Below are positions 14,567-24,255 of a stretch of 26,384 nt of DNA, piece after piece (the stretch's first letter is position 1; every line of letters begins with the position of its first letter). The translations under genes were made by a program, and so were the position numbers. The notes under the pieces were generated by a model. It searched no databases, was not told where the DNA came from, and saw only the letters and a program-made list of their open reading frames with translations. The DNA comes from Escherichia coli. Its GTDB lineage: Bacteria > Pseudomonadota > Gammaproteobacteria > Enterobacterales > Enterobacteriaceae. The stretch lies in assembly GCF_003334765.1 (NCBI RefSeq), contig NZ_QOWT01000044.1. The stretch is one strand, 5' to 3'.

Positions 14567-15448
14567 TTATCCAGCCACAAAACTCTCTTCAACACACTGA
14601 ATAAAAGTGTGCATCGCCGGGCTAACCGCTTTTCCAGCATGATGTGCGCACATGGCCGTAATGGTCTGCGACTGTTCGCCAAAAGGCAATTCAATTAATT
14701 CTCCGCACTCCAACTCTTTTGCCACCGCAAAGCGCGGTAGGTAGCTGACCCCGATATTCGCCGCGACACAACGCTTGATGCTTTCGATACTTATAAGCTC
14801 AATGGTGTTTTCCACCGTGATCCGCCGCTGACGCAGCGTGCTCTCAAATATCTGCCGGAAGACACATTGCGGTTCGTTGATAATAAAGCTACAGGCGTTA
14901 TGTCTTCCCGGCTCAGTAAAATCGACATCTGCAATTTGCGGTGAAGCCACCAGCACCAGTGATTGTTCACCCAACTCTCGTCGATTCAGAGCATCATCAT
15001 TCCCTACACGATAAAAGACGCCAACATCGGCCTCATCATTCAGTAGCGCATCACGGATCACGTAACAGTTCAGCGACTGCAACGATAAACGCACTTTTGG
15101 GGCGCGTTGCCGAAAACGCTGTAACACCTGCGGCATTCGGTAAGAGAGCAACGTTTCGCCCGAAACAACGCGTAGTTCCCCGTCCGGATCTGACTCCTTT
15201 TTGGCAGCCTCACGAAGCGTATCCATCACTCGGGTAAGTTCATAAATGTGCGGCAGCAACTTTTTTCCTTCGCGGGTAAGGCACATCCGTCGGCCAATTT
15301 TCTCAAATAACTGGACTGAAAACTCCTGCTCAAGCTGCTGAATATGAAAAGTCACCGTCGATTGTGTACAGCACAATTTTTGCGAAGCTCGCAAAAAGGA
15401 ACCCTCTTCCACCACGGTTTTAAGCGTAATAAAACGGCGCAGATCCAT
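14567..15448 (-). CDS. yfiE: LysR-family transcriptional regulator YfiE (uncharacterised)
   Basis: Track ORF trimmed to the canonical LysR start MDLRRFITLKTVVEEGSFLRASQKL... (293 aa); divergent from eamB. Confidence 0.88.
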   Translation of the reverse strand: MDLRRFITLKTVVEEGSFLRASQKLCCTQSTVTFHIQQLEQEFSVQLFEKIGRRMCLTREGKKLLPHIYELTRVMDTLREAAKKESDPDGELRVVSGETLLSYRMPQVLQRFRQRAPKVRLSLQSLNCYVIRDALLNDEADVGVFYRVGNDDALNRRELGEQSLVLVASPQIADVDFTEPGRHNACSFIINEPQCVFRQIFESTLRQRRITVENTIELISIESIKRCVAANIGVSYLPRFAVAKELECGELIELPFGEQSQTITAMCAHHAGKAVSPAMHTFIQCVEESFVAG

Positions 15449-15550
15449 AACCCCAAACCTATCGAAAATATCGAATCTAGAATATAAAAACATTCATTTT
15501 TTTAAATGTTCCGTGTCGGGTACTGTCTACCAAAACAGAGGAGATAACAA

Positions 15551-16138
15551 GTGACACCGACCCTTTTAAGTGCTTTTTGGACTTACACCCTGATTACCGC
15601 TATGACGCCAGGACCGAACAATATTCTCGCCCTTAGCTCTGCTACGTCGCATGGATTTCGTCAAAGTACCCGCGTGCTGGCAGGGATGAGTCTGGGATTT
15701 TTGATTGTGATGTTACTGTGTGCGGGCATTTCATTTTCACTGGCAGTGATTGACCCGGCAGCGGTACACCTTTTGAGTTGGGCGGGGGCGGCATATATTG
15801 TCTGGCTGGCGTGGAAAATCGCCACCAGCCCAACAAAGGAAGACGGACTTCAGGCAAAACCAATCAGCTTTTGGGCCAGCTTTGCTTTGCAGTTTGTGAA
15901 CGTCAAAATCATTTTGTACGGTGTTACGGCACTGTCGACGTTTGTTCTGCCGCAAACACAGGCGTTAAGCTGGGTAGTTGGCGTCAGCGTTTTGCTGGCG
16001 ATGATTGGGACGTTTGGCAATGTGTGCTGGGCGCTGGCGGGGCATCTGTTTCAGCGATTGTTTCGCCAGTATGGTCGCCAGTTAAATATCGTGCTTGCCC
16101 TGTTGCTGGTCTATTGCGCGGTACGCATTTTCTATTAA
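15551..16138 (+). CDS. eamB: Cysteine/O-acetylserine exporter (LysE/RhtB family)
   Basis: 195-aa ORF with GTG start, MTPTLLSAFWTYTLITAMTPGPNN..., multi-pass membrane protein. Confidence 0.92.
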   Translation: MTPTLLSAFWTYTLITAMTPGPNNILALSSATSHGFRQSTRVLAGMSLGFLIVMLLCAGISFSLAVIDPAAVHLLSWAGAAYIVWLAWKIATSPTKEDGLQAKPISFWASFALQFVNVKIILYGVTALSTFVLPQTQALSWVVGVSVLLAMIGTFGNVCWALAGHLFQRLFRQYGRQLNIVLALLLVYCAVRIFY

Positions 16139-16140
16139 CG

Positions 16141-16175
16141 AAAAAAAGCGGAAGAGGTCGCCCTCTTCCGCTTAG
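16141..16175 (-). terminator. Intrinsic terminator of grcA, shared with the convergent eamB
   Basis: GCGGAAGAGG (16148-16157) / CCTCTTCCGC (16162-16171) perfect stem with 4-nt loop, flanked by an A7 run that gives the T-tract on the minus strand. Confidence 0.75.
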
Positions 16176-16193
16176 TAACTTGCTACTTAAGCC

Positions 16194-16577
16194 TTACAGG
16201 CTTTCAGTAAAGGTACGAGCGATAACGTCGCGCTGCTGTTCCGGAGTCAGAGAGTTAAAGCGAACTGCATAACCGGATACACGGATGGTCAGCTGCGGAT
16301 ATTTTTCCGGATGCTTAACTGCATCTTCCAGAGTTTCGCGACGCAGAACGTTAACGTTCAGGTGTTGACCACCTTCAACGCGAACTTCTGGTTTCACTTC
16401 TACTGGAACTTCACGGTATTCAATGTCACCCAGTTTGCTTACTGCAACCACTTCATCTTCTGCATAACCTGCTTTTGCAACGATGCAACGCGCTTCGCCT
16501 TTTTCGCTGTCCAGCAGCCAGAAAGAGTTCAGCAGATCGTCGTTAGCGGCTTTAGTAATCTGGATACCTGTAATCAT
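16194..16577 (-). CDS. grcA: Autonomous glycyl radical cofactor (YfiD)
   Basis: Track ORF trimmed to [22 protein letters not shown]... (127 aa) with the C-terminal glycyl-radical motif RVSGYAV. Confidence 0.94.
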
Positions 16578-16684
16578 GTGATGCCTCCCCGGCAAAATTA
16601 TTTGATTTGTTCAGCCTGTCGCGGCCAATTGGTAAAACCATTGTTGCTTGAGTGTATATATACTCCTCAAACACCCTTGAATCT

Positions 16685-16698
16685 TTGATTTAAATCAA
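16685..16698 (-). promoter_or_regulatory. Promoter-proximal FNR site of grcA
   Basis: Perfect TTGAT-N4-ATCAA centred about 41 bp upstream of the predicted grcA start. Confidence 0.7.
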
Positions 16699-16737
16699 TA
16701 AAAACCACACATCAAGTATGGTCGCAAATGGATTTTA

Positions 16738-16751
16738 TTGTTTTACATCAA
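16738..16751 (-). promoter_or_regulatory. Upstream FNR site of grcA
   Basis: TTGTT-N4-ATCAA centred 53 bp upstream of the proximal site. Confidence 0.55.
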
Positions 16752-16881
16752 CTTATGCGGGTGTGAAATTTTACCAATTTACATTTTTTTGCACTCGTTT
16801 AAGTCTAAAAAATGAGCATGATTTTGTTCTGTAGAAAGAAGCAGTTAAGCTAGGCGGATTGAAGATTCGCAGGAGAGCGAG

Positions 16882-17571
16882 ATGGCTAACGAATTAACCT
16901 GGCATGACGTGCTGGCTGAAGAGAAGCAGCAACCCTATTTTCTTAATACCCTTCAGACCGTCGCCAGCGAGCGGCAGTCCGGCGTCACTATCTACCCACC
17001 ACAAAAAGATGTCTTTAACGCGTTCCGCTTTACAGAGTTGGGTGACGTTAAAGTGGTGATTCTCGGCCAGGATCCTTATCACGGACCGGGACAGGCGCAT
17101 GGTCTGGCATTTTCCGTTCGTCCCGGCATTGCCATTCCTCCGTCATTATTGAATATGTATAAAGAGCTGGAAAATACTATTCCGGGCTTCACCCGCCCTA
17201 ATCATGGTTATCTTGAAAGCTGGGCGCGTCAGGGCGTTCTGCTACTCAATACTGTGTTGACGGTACGCGCAGGTCAGGCGCATTCCCACGCCAGCCTCGG
17301 CTGGGAAACCTTCACCGATAAAGTGATCAGCCTGATTAACCAGCATCGCGAAGGCGTGGTGTTTTTGTTGTGGGGATCGCATGCGCAAAAGAAAGGGGCG
17401 ATTATAGATAAGCAACGCCATCATGTACTGAAAGCACCGCATCCGTCGCCGCTTTCGGCGCATCGTGGATTCTTTGGCTGCAACCATTTTGTGCTGGCAA
17501 ATCAGTGGCTGGAACAACGTGGCGAGACGCCGATTGACTGGATGCCAGTATTACCGGCAGAGAGTGAGTAA
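16882..17571 (+). CDS. ung: Uracil-DNA glycosylase
   Basis: 229-aa [23 protein letters not shown]... with the GQDPYH active-site motif. Confidence 0.96.
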
Positions 17572-17585
17572 ATTTGCGGGGAAAT

Positions 17586-17611
17586 GCCGGATGGCAGAGT
17601 TGCCACCCGGC
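17586..17611. terminator. Hairpin between convergent ung and yfiF; possible bidirectional terminator
   Basis: CCGGATGGCA / TGCCACCCGG imperfect stem (one mismatch) with 4-nt loop in the 47-bp gap between the two stop codons. Confidence 0.4.
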
Positions 17612-17618
17612 TGATTTA

Positions 17619-18656
17619 TCAGGCTTTATTCTGACGCCACCATTCACCAAGCAAAACGCCGGTTGCGACAGAGATATTCAGCCCGGCAACGTTGCCCGTA
17701 CCGTCAATCTTCACGCGCAGATCGTTCGGATCGCGTGCGGCATCCGGTAACCCTTCATATTCCTGACCCAGCACCAGTACCATTTTCGCTGGCAGACTAG
17801 TTTTGAACAGCGGTTTACCCTGCTCGCTGGAAGTGGTCACTACGGTGTAACCTGCCTGACGGAAATCATCCAGCACGTTAACAATGTTGTCGCCAGTAAT
17901 CGGCTGAACGTGCTCTGCGCCGCCTTCTGCGGTACGGATAGCCGCCCCCGACTCCAGCAGTGCCGCATCCTGCACCACGACACCTTTCACGCCGAAGTGC
18001 GCGCAGCTGCGCATCATGCCACCCAGGTTATGCGGGTTAGATTCGTTTTCCAGTGCCAGAACGCAATCCTGCGCGCCTGCCTGGCTTACCCACTGCTGCA
18101 CGGTTGTACCGTTACGCTTTTTGATCAAGAAGCAAACGCCGCCGTGATGTTCCGTGCCTGACGCTTTTGTCAATTCCGCTTCATCCACCACATGGTACGC
18201 TTTGCGGTTTGCTGCCATCCAGCGCAAAGCTTCTTTAAAACGCGGCGTTACACTCTGGATAAACCAGGCGCGAACAATCGCTTCCGGACGGCTCTGGAAA
18301 AGTGCCTGACATGCATTTTCGCCGTAGACGCGGGTTTCTTCCGCACGCTGACGACGCAACACTTCCGGATCAATAAAACTTTTACCACTGATGCCACCGT
18401 GATCGGCCTTTTCCGGCGTCTCATCACCCGGCGCGCGGGAAACCGTGCGCCACGGCGAATCTTCCCACTTGCGGTCACGGGGCTGACTCTGTTTGTCATC
18501 GCGGGCGGGGCGACGGCCACCGTCAGCACGAGATTTTCCTGGACGCCCGCCCCCTTTCCCGGTACGCGGGTTGTGGGTACGTTTATCAGAATCATCATCA
18601 CTGCGGACATACATCACTTTGACCTTGCCGCTTTTACCTTTCATTTCATCGTTCAT
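17619..18656 (-). CDS. yfiF: Predicted SpoU/TrmH-family RNA 2'-O-methyltransferase YfiF
   Basis: Track ORF trimmed to [22 protein letters not shown]... (345 aa); GGAG Shine-Dalgarno 9 nt upstream; basic Arg/Gly/Lys-rich N-terminal region of about 95 aa ahead of the methyltransferase domain. Confidence 0.88.
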
Positions 18657-18779
18657 GCTTTTCTCCACCAGCGCTGCGCGAAGCGCGCAGATTACCCGAA
18701 GTCCGCGCGGTTCGCCATGATTTCGTACCAAAGCCTGCGACTATCATACCTATTGAATAAAACAGATTGTTGTCTGGAA

Positions 18780-18807
18780 CAATGTCCCCGATAATATGTA
18801 ACATATT
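18780..18807 (+). promoter_or_regulatory. Candidate trxC promoter
   Basis: TTGTCT (18780-18785), 16-bp spacer, TAATAT (18802-18807), about 55 bp upstream of the trxC ATG. Sequence-only guess. Confidence 0.3.
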
Positions 18808-18862
18808 AGAAACATACCGGCGTCGTTGCCGATAAGTCTCCTTACTCATCCCGAGGTTAGTT

Positions 18863-19282
18863 ATGAATACCGTTTGTACCCATTGTCAGGCCATCAATCG
18901 CATTCCCGACGATCGGATCGAAGATGCGGCAAAATGCGGACGCTGCGGTCACGACTTGTTTGACGGAGAGGTGATTAATGCGACCGGTGAAACACTCGAC
19001 AAATTGCTGAAGGATGATCTACCTGTGGTGATCGACTTCTGGGCACCGTGGTGCGGCCCCTGCCGTAATTTCGCACCAATTTTTGAAGATGTCGCGCAAG
19101 AGCGTAGCGGTAAAGTGCGCTTTGTGAAAGTGAATACCGAAGCTGAACGTGAATTGAGCAGTCGCTTTGGAATTCGTAGTATACCGACGATCATGATTTT
19201 CAAAAACGGTCAGGTTGTCGACATGCTTAATGGCGCAGTACCGAAAGCGCCGTTCGATAGCTGGCTGAACGAATCTCTTTAA
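18863..19282 (+). CDS. trxC: Thioredoxin 2
   Basis: 139-aa ORF with N-terminal zinc-finger cysteines (CTHC...CGRC) and the WCGPC active site. Confidence 0.96.
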
Positions 19283-19288
19283 TCTTAC

Positions 19289-19316
19289 CGGGGCGCATCT
19301 TGTGCCCCGTTTTCTC
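19289..19316 (+). terminator. trxC intrinsic terminator
   Basis: GC-rich hairpin CGGGGCGCA / TGTGCCCCG followed by TTTTCTCC, 7 nt after the trxC stop. Confidence 0.6.
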
Positions 19317-19350
19317 CTCTGCGACAATGGCGTTTTTTCGACGCTCTCTT

Positions 19351-20049
19351 ATGACCGAAAACGCTGTTCTCCAGTTACGCGCCGAGCGTATTGCGCGCGC
19401 AACACGTCCTTTTCTTGCCCGCGGTAATCGCGTTCGTCGCTGCCAACGCTGTCTTTTGCCAGAGAAATTATGTCTCTGTTCGACAATTACCCCAGCACAA
19501 GCAAAAAGTCGCTTCTGTTTGCTGATGTTCGACACCGAGCCAATGAAGCCCAGTAATACCGGGCGTCTCATTGCTGATATTTTGCCTGATACCGTTGCGT
19601 TTCAATGGTCGCGTACCGAACCCTCGCAGGATTTGCTGGAGTTGGTGCAAAACCCGGACTATCAGCCAATGGTGGTCTTTCCCGCTTCGTATGCTGATGA
19701 GCAACGGGAAGTGATCTTCACACCACCTGCCGGTAAGCCACCGCTGTTTATCATGCTCGATGGTACCTGGCCGGAAGCTCGCAAGATGTTTCGTAAAAGT
19801 CCGTATCTGGATAATCTTCCCGTCATTTCCGTCGATCTTTCCCGGCTTTCTGCCTATCGCCTGCGTGAAGCCCAGGCTGAAGGCCAATATTGTACTGCCG
19901 AGGTAGCCATCGCACTGTTAGATATGGCCGGCGATACCGGGGCGGCGGCAGGGTTAGGCGAGCATTTTACCCGCTTTAAAACACGCTATCTGGCAGGAAA
20001 AACGCAACATCTGGGTAGCATCACAGCAGAACAGTTAGAAAGCGTTTAA
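19351..20049 (+). CDS. tapT: DTW-domain tRNA-uridine aminocarboxypropyltransferase (YfiP)
   Basis: Track ORF trimmed to MTENAVLQLRAERIARATRPF... (232 aa); contains the DGTW motif. Confidence 0.88.
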   Translation: MTENAVLQLRAERIARATRPFLARGNRVRRCQRCLLPEKLCLCSTITPAQAKSRFCLLMFDTEPMKPSNTGRLIADILPDTVAFQWSRTEPSQDLLELVQNPDYQPMVVFPASYADEQREVIFTPPAGKPPLFIMLDGTWPEARKMFRKSPYLDNLPVISVDLSRLSAYRLREAQAEGQYCTAEVAIALLDMAGDTGAAAGLGEHFTRFKTRYLAGKTQHLGSITAEQLESV

Positions 20050-20080
20050 AATCATTCGGTCACTTCTGCGGGAGACCGGT

Positions 20081-22741
20081 ATGAGTCAGCGAGGACTGGA
20101 AGCACTACTGCGACCAAAATCGATAGCGGTAATTGGCGCGTCGATGAAACCCAATCGCGCAGGTTACCTGATGATGCGTAACCTGCTGGCGGGAGGCTTT
20201 AACGGACCGGTACTCCCGGTGACGCCAGCCTGGAAAGCGGTGTTGGGTGTGTTGGCCTGGCCGGATATTGCCAGCTTGCCCTTTACACCCGACCTTGCGG
20301 TTTTATGTACCAATGCCAGCCGTAATCTTGCTCTTCTGGAAGAGCTCGGCGAGAAAGGCTGTAAAACCTGCATTATTCTTTCCGCCCCGGCATCGCAACA
20401 CGAAGATCTCCGCGCCTGCGCCCTGCGCCATAACATGCGCCTGCTTGGACCAAACAGTCTGGGTTTACTGGCTCCCTGGCAAGGTCTGAATGCCAGCTTT
20501 TCGCCTGTGCCGATTAAACGCGGCAAGCTGGCGTTTATTTCGCAATCGGCTGCCGTCTCCAACACCATCCTCGACTGGGCGCAACAGCGTAAGATGGGCT
20601 TTTCCTACTTTATTGCGCTCGGCGACAGCCTGGATATCGACGTTGATGAATTGCTTGACTATCTGGCACGCGACAGTAAAACCAGCGCCATCCTGCTCTA
20701 TCTCGAACAGTTAAGCGACGCGCGACGCTTTGTTTCGGCGGCCCGTAGTGCCTCGCGTAATAAACCGATTCTGGTGATTAAAAGCGGACGTAGCCCGGCG
20801 GCACAGCGACTGCTCAACACGACGGCAGGAATGGACCCGGCATGGGATGCGGCTATTCAGCGTGCCGGTTTGTTGCGGGTACAGGACACCCACGAGCTGT
20901 TTTCGGCGGTGGAAACCCTTAGCCATATGCGCCCGCTACGTGGCGACCGGCTGATGATTATCAGCAACGGTGCTGCGCCTGCCGCGCTGGCGCTGGATGC
21001 CTTATGGTCACGCAATGGCAAGCTGGCAACGCTAAGCGAAGAAACCTGCCAGAAACTGCGCGATGCACTGCCAGAACATGTGGCAATATCTAACCCGCTC
21101 GATCTACGCGATGACGCCAGCAGTGAGCACTATATTAAAACGCTGGATATTCTGCTCCACAGCCAGGATTTTGACGCGCTGATGGTTATTCATTCGCCCA
21201 GCGCCGCTGCTCCCGCAACAGAAAGCGCGCAAGTATTAATTGAAGCGGTAAAGCATCATCCCCGCAGCAAATATGTCTCTTTGCTGACGAACTGGTGCGG
21301 CGAGCACTCCTCGCAAGAGGCACGACGTTTATTCAGCGAAGCCGGGCTGCCGACCTACCGTACCCCGGAAGGAACCATCACTGCTTTTATGCATATGGTG
21401 GAGTACCGGCGTAATCAGAAGCAACTACGCGAAACGCCGGCGTTGCCCAGCAATCTGACTTCCAATACCGCAGAAGCGCATCTTCTGTTGCAACAGGCGA
21501 TTGCCGAAGGGGCTACGTCGCTCGATACCCATGAAGTTCAGCCCATCCTGCAAGCGTATGGCATGAACACGCTCCCTACCTGGATTGCCAGCGATAGCAC
21601 CGAAGCGGTGCATATTGCCGAACAGATTGGTTATCCGGTGGCGCTGAAATTGCGTTCGCCGGATATTCCACATAAATCGGAAGTTCAGGGCGTCATGCTT
21701 TACCTGCGTACAGCCAATGAAGTCCAGCAAGCGGCGAACGCTATTTTCGATCGCGTAAAAATGGCCTGGCCACAGGCGCGGGTCCACGGCCTGTTGGTGC
21801 AAAGTATGGCTAACCGTGCTGGCGCTCAGGAGTTGCGGGTTGTGGTTGAGCACGATCCGGTTTTCGGGCCGTTGATCATGCTGGGTGAAGGCGGTGTGGA
21901 GTGGCGTCCTGAAGATCAAGCCGTCGTCGCACTGCCGCCGCTGAACATGAACCTGGCCCGCTATCTGGTTATTCAGGGGATCAAAAGTAAAAAGATTCGT
22001 GCGCGCAGTGCGCTACGCCCATTGGATGTTGCAGGCTTGAGCCAGCTTCTGGTGCAGGTTTCCAACTTGATTGTCGATTGCCCGGAAATTCAGCGTCTGG
22101 ATATTCATCCTTTGCTGGCTTCTGGCAGTGAATTTACCGCGCTGGATGTCACGCTGGATATCTCGCCGTTTGAAGGCGATAACGAGAGTCGGCTGGCAGT
22201 GCGCCCTTATCCGCATCAGCTGGAAGAATGGGTAGAATTGAAAAACGGTGAACGCTGCTTGTTCCGCCCGATTTTGCCAGAAGATGAGCCACAACTTCAG
22301 CAATTCATTTCGCGAGTCACCAAAGAAGATCTTTATTACCGCTACTTTAGCGAGATCAACGAATTTACCCATGAAGATTTAGCCAACATGACACAGATCG
22401 ACTACGATCGGGAAATGGCGTTTGTAGCGGTACGACGTATTGATCAAACGGAAGAGATCCTCGGCGTCACGCGTGCGATTTCCGATCCTGATAACATCGA
22501 TGCCGAATTTGCTGTACTGGTTCGCTCGGATCTCAAAGGGTTAGGCTTAGGTCGACGCTTAATGGAAAAGTTGATTACCTATACGCGAGATCACGGACTA
22601 CAACGTCTGAATGGTATTACGATGCCAAACAATCGTGGCATGGTGGCGCTAGCCCGCAAGCTCGGGTTTAACGTTGATATCCAGCTCGAAGAGGGGATCG
22701 TTGGGCTTACGCTAAATCTTGCCCAGCGCGAGGAATCATGA
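20081..22741 (+). CDS. patZ: Protein lysine acetyltransferase (Pka/YfiQ)
   Basis: 886-aa ORF MSQRGLEALLRPKSIAVIGASMKPNRAG... with an N-terminal acyl-CoA-synthetase-like region and C-terminal GNAT domain. Confidence 0.95.
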   Translation: MSQRGLEALLRPKSIAVIGASMKPNRAGYLMMRNLLAGGFNGPVLPVTPAWKAVLGVLAWPDIASLPFTPDLAVLCTNASRNLALLEELGEKGCKTCIILSAPASQHEDLRACALRHNMRLLGPNSLGLLAPWQGLNASFSPVPIKRGKLAFISQSAAVSNTILDWAQQRKMGFSYFIALGDSLDIDVDELLDYLARDSKTSAILLYLEQLSDARRFVSAARSASRNKPILVIKSGRSPAAQRLLNTTAGMDPAWDAAIQRAGLLRVQDTHELFSAVETLSHMRPLRGDRLMIISNGAAPAALALDALWSRNGKLATLSEETCQKLRDALPEHVAISNPLDLRDDASSEHYIKTLDILLHSQDFDALMVIHSPSAAAPATESAQVLIEAVKHHPRSKYVSLLTNWCGEHSSQEARRLFSEAGLPTYRTPEGTITAFMHMVEYRRNQKQLRETPALPSNLTSNTAEAHLLLQQAIAEGATSLDTHEVQPILQAYGMNTLPTWIASDSTEAVHIAEQIGYPVALKLRSPDIPHKSEVQGVMLYLRTANEVQQAANAIFDRVKMAWPQARVHGLLVQSMANRAGAQELRVVVEHDPVFGPLIMLGEGGVEWRPEDQAVVALPPLNMNLARYLVIQGIKSKKIRARSALRPLDVAGLSQLLVQVSNLIVDCPEIQRLDIHPLLASGSEFTALDVTLDISPFEGDNESRLAVRPYPHQLEEWVELKNGERCLFRPILPEDEPQLQQFISRVTKEDLYYRYFSEINEFTHEDLANMTQIDYDREMAFVAVRRIDQTEEILGVTRAISDPDNIDAEFAVLVRSDLKGLGLGRRLMEKLITYTRDHGLQRLNGITMPNNRGMVALARKLGFNVDIQLEEGIVGLTLNLAQREES

Positions 22742-22854
22742 GTAAGGTACTGGAAATGTTGACCACTTAATCGGGACTGGTGTTATTATTGCCCGCTTAT
22801 GTCGTCTGCATTGCACAGAGGACCCTTCAATGAACAGAGAAGAAATGCACTGTG

Positions 22855-24210
22855 ATGTTGTCAAAATTTAAGCGTAATAAACATCAACAACACCTTGCCC
22901 AACTACCCAAGATTTCTCAATCAGTTGATGATGTCGATTTCTTTTACGCTCCCGCCGACTTCCGGGAGACGCTGCTGGAAAAAATAGCCAGCGCGAAGCA
23001 GCGCATTTGCATTGTCGCCCTGTATCTCGAACAGGATGACGGTGGCAAAGGCATTCTGAACGCGTTGTATGAGGCTAAAAGGCAGCGTCCGGAACTGGAT
23101 GTGCGGGTGCTGGTCGACTGGCATCGTGCACAACGTGGACGCATTGGCGCTGCGGCATCTAACACTAACGCTGACTGGTACTGCCGCATGGCGCAGGAAA
23201 ATCCGGGCGTAGATGTTCCGGTTTATGGCGTTCCAATCAATACTCGTGAAGCCCTTGGTGTTCTGCACTTTAAAGGCTTTATCATCGACGATAGCGTACT
23301 TTATAGCGGTGCCAGCCTGAACGATGTTTACCTGCATCAGCACGATAAATATCGCTACGACCGTTATCATCTGATCCGTAACCGTAAGATGTCAGACATT
23401 ATGTTTGAATGGGTTACACAGAATATTATGAATGGCCGCGGCGTTAATCGTCTGGATGATGTTAATCGGCCAAAAAGCCCGGAAATCAAGAACGATATTC
23501 GTCTGTTCCGCCAGGAGCTGCGTGATGCCGCTTATCATTTCCAGGGCGATGCCGACAACGATCAGCTTTCTGTAACGCCGCTAGTGGGGCTGGGGAAATC
23601 GAGTCTGTTGAACAAGACCATTTTCCATCTTATGCCTTGTGCCGAGCAGAAACTAACCATCTGTACGCCATACTTCAACCTGCCAGCAATCCTTGTGCGC
23701 AATATTATCCAGTTGCTGCGCGAAGGGAAAAAGGTCGAAATTATTGTTGGTGATAAAACCGCGAATGACTTCTACATTCCGGAAGATGAACCTTTCAAGA
23801 TAATTGGCGCATTGCCTTATCTCTATGAGATCAATCTGCGTCGTTTCCTGAGCCGTTTGCAGTATTACGTCAATACTGACCAGCTAGTGGTTCGGTTATG
23901 GAAAGATGACGACAACACCTATCACCTGAAAGGGATGTGGGTTGATGATAAGTGGATGTTGATCACCGGTAATAACCTGAACCCGCGCGCCTGGCGTCTG
24001 GATCTGGAAAACGCCATTTTGATCCACGATCCGCAACTTGAGCTGGCGCCACAGCGAGAGAAAGAACTGGAGCTGATCCGCGAGCATACCACCATCGTTA
24101 AGCACTATCGCGATCTGCAAAGTATTGCCGATTATCCGGTGAAGGTTCGTAAACTCATCCGCCGTTTGCGCCGTATCCGCATCGACCGATTAATTAGCCG
24201 CATCCTGTAA
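22855..24210 (+). CDS. pssA: CDP-diacylglycerol-serine O-phosphatidyltransferase
   Basis: MLSKFKRNKHQQHLAQLPKISQ... (451 aa from the ATG at 22855; a GTG one codon upstream at 22852 is also possible); phospholipase-D-type HxK motifs. Confidence 0.94.
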   Translation: MLSKFKRNKHQQHLAQLPKISQSVDDVDFFYAPADFRETLLEKIASAKQRICIVALYLEQDDGGKGILNALYEAKRQRPELDVRVLVDWHRAQRGRIGAAASNTNADWYCRMAQENPGVDVPVYGVPINTREALGVLHFKGFIIDDSVLYSGASLNDVYLHQHDKYRYDRYHLIRNRKMSDIMFEWVTQNIMNGRGVNRLDDVNRPKSPEIKNDIRLFRQELRDAAYHFQGDADNDQLSVTPLVGLGKSSLLNKTIFHLMPCAEQKLTICTPYFNLPAILVRNIIQLLREGKKVEIIVGDKTANDFYIPEDEPFKIIGALPYLYEINLRRFLSRLQYYVNTDQLVVRLWKDDDNTYHLKGMWVDDKWMLITGNNLNPRAWRLDLENAILIHDPQLELAPQREKELELIREHTTIVKHYRDLQSIADYPVKVRKLIRRLRRIRIDRLISRIL

Positions 24211-24214
24211 TCAC

Positions 24215-24243
24215 AACCCCGTCCTGTACGGGGTTTGTTTTTT
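24215..24243 (+). terminator. pssA intrinsic terminator
   Basis: AACCCCGT (24215-24222) / ACGGGGTT (24228-24235) stem with 5-nt loop, followed by TGTTTTTT. Confidence 0.75.
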
Positions 24244-24255
24244 GGAGGCCACGTT

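Noticed and set aside
16812-16853. 13-codon [16 protein letters not shown] in the grcA-ung intergenic region
   Set aside because: No Shine-Dalgarno and an A-rich context; indistinguishable from chance.
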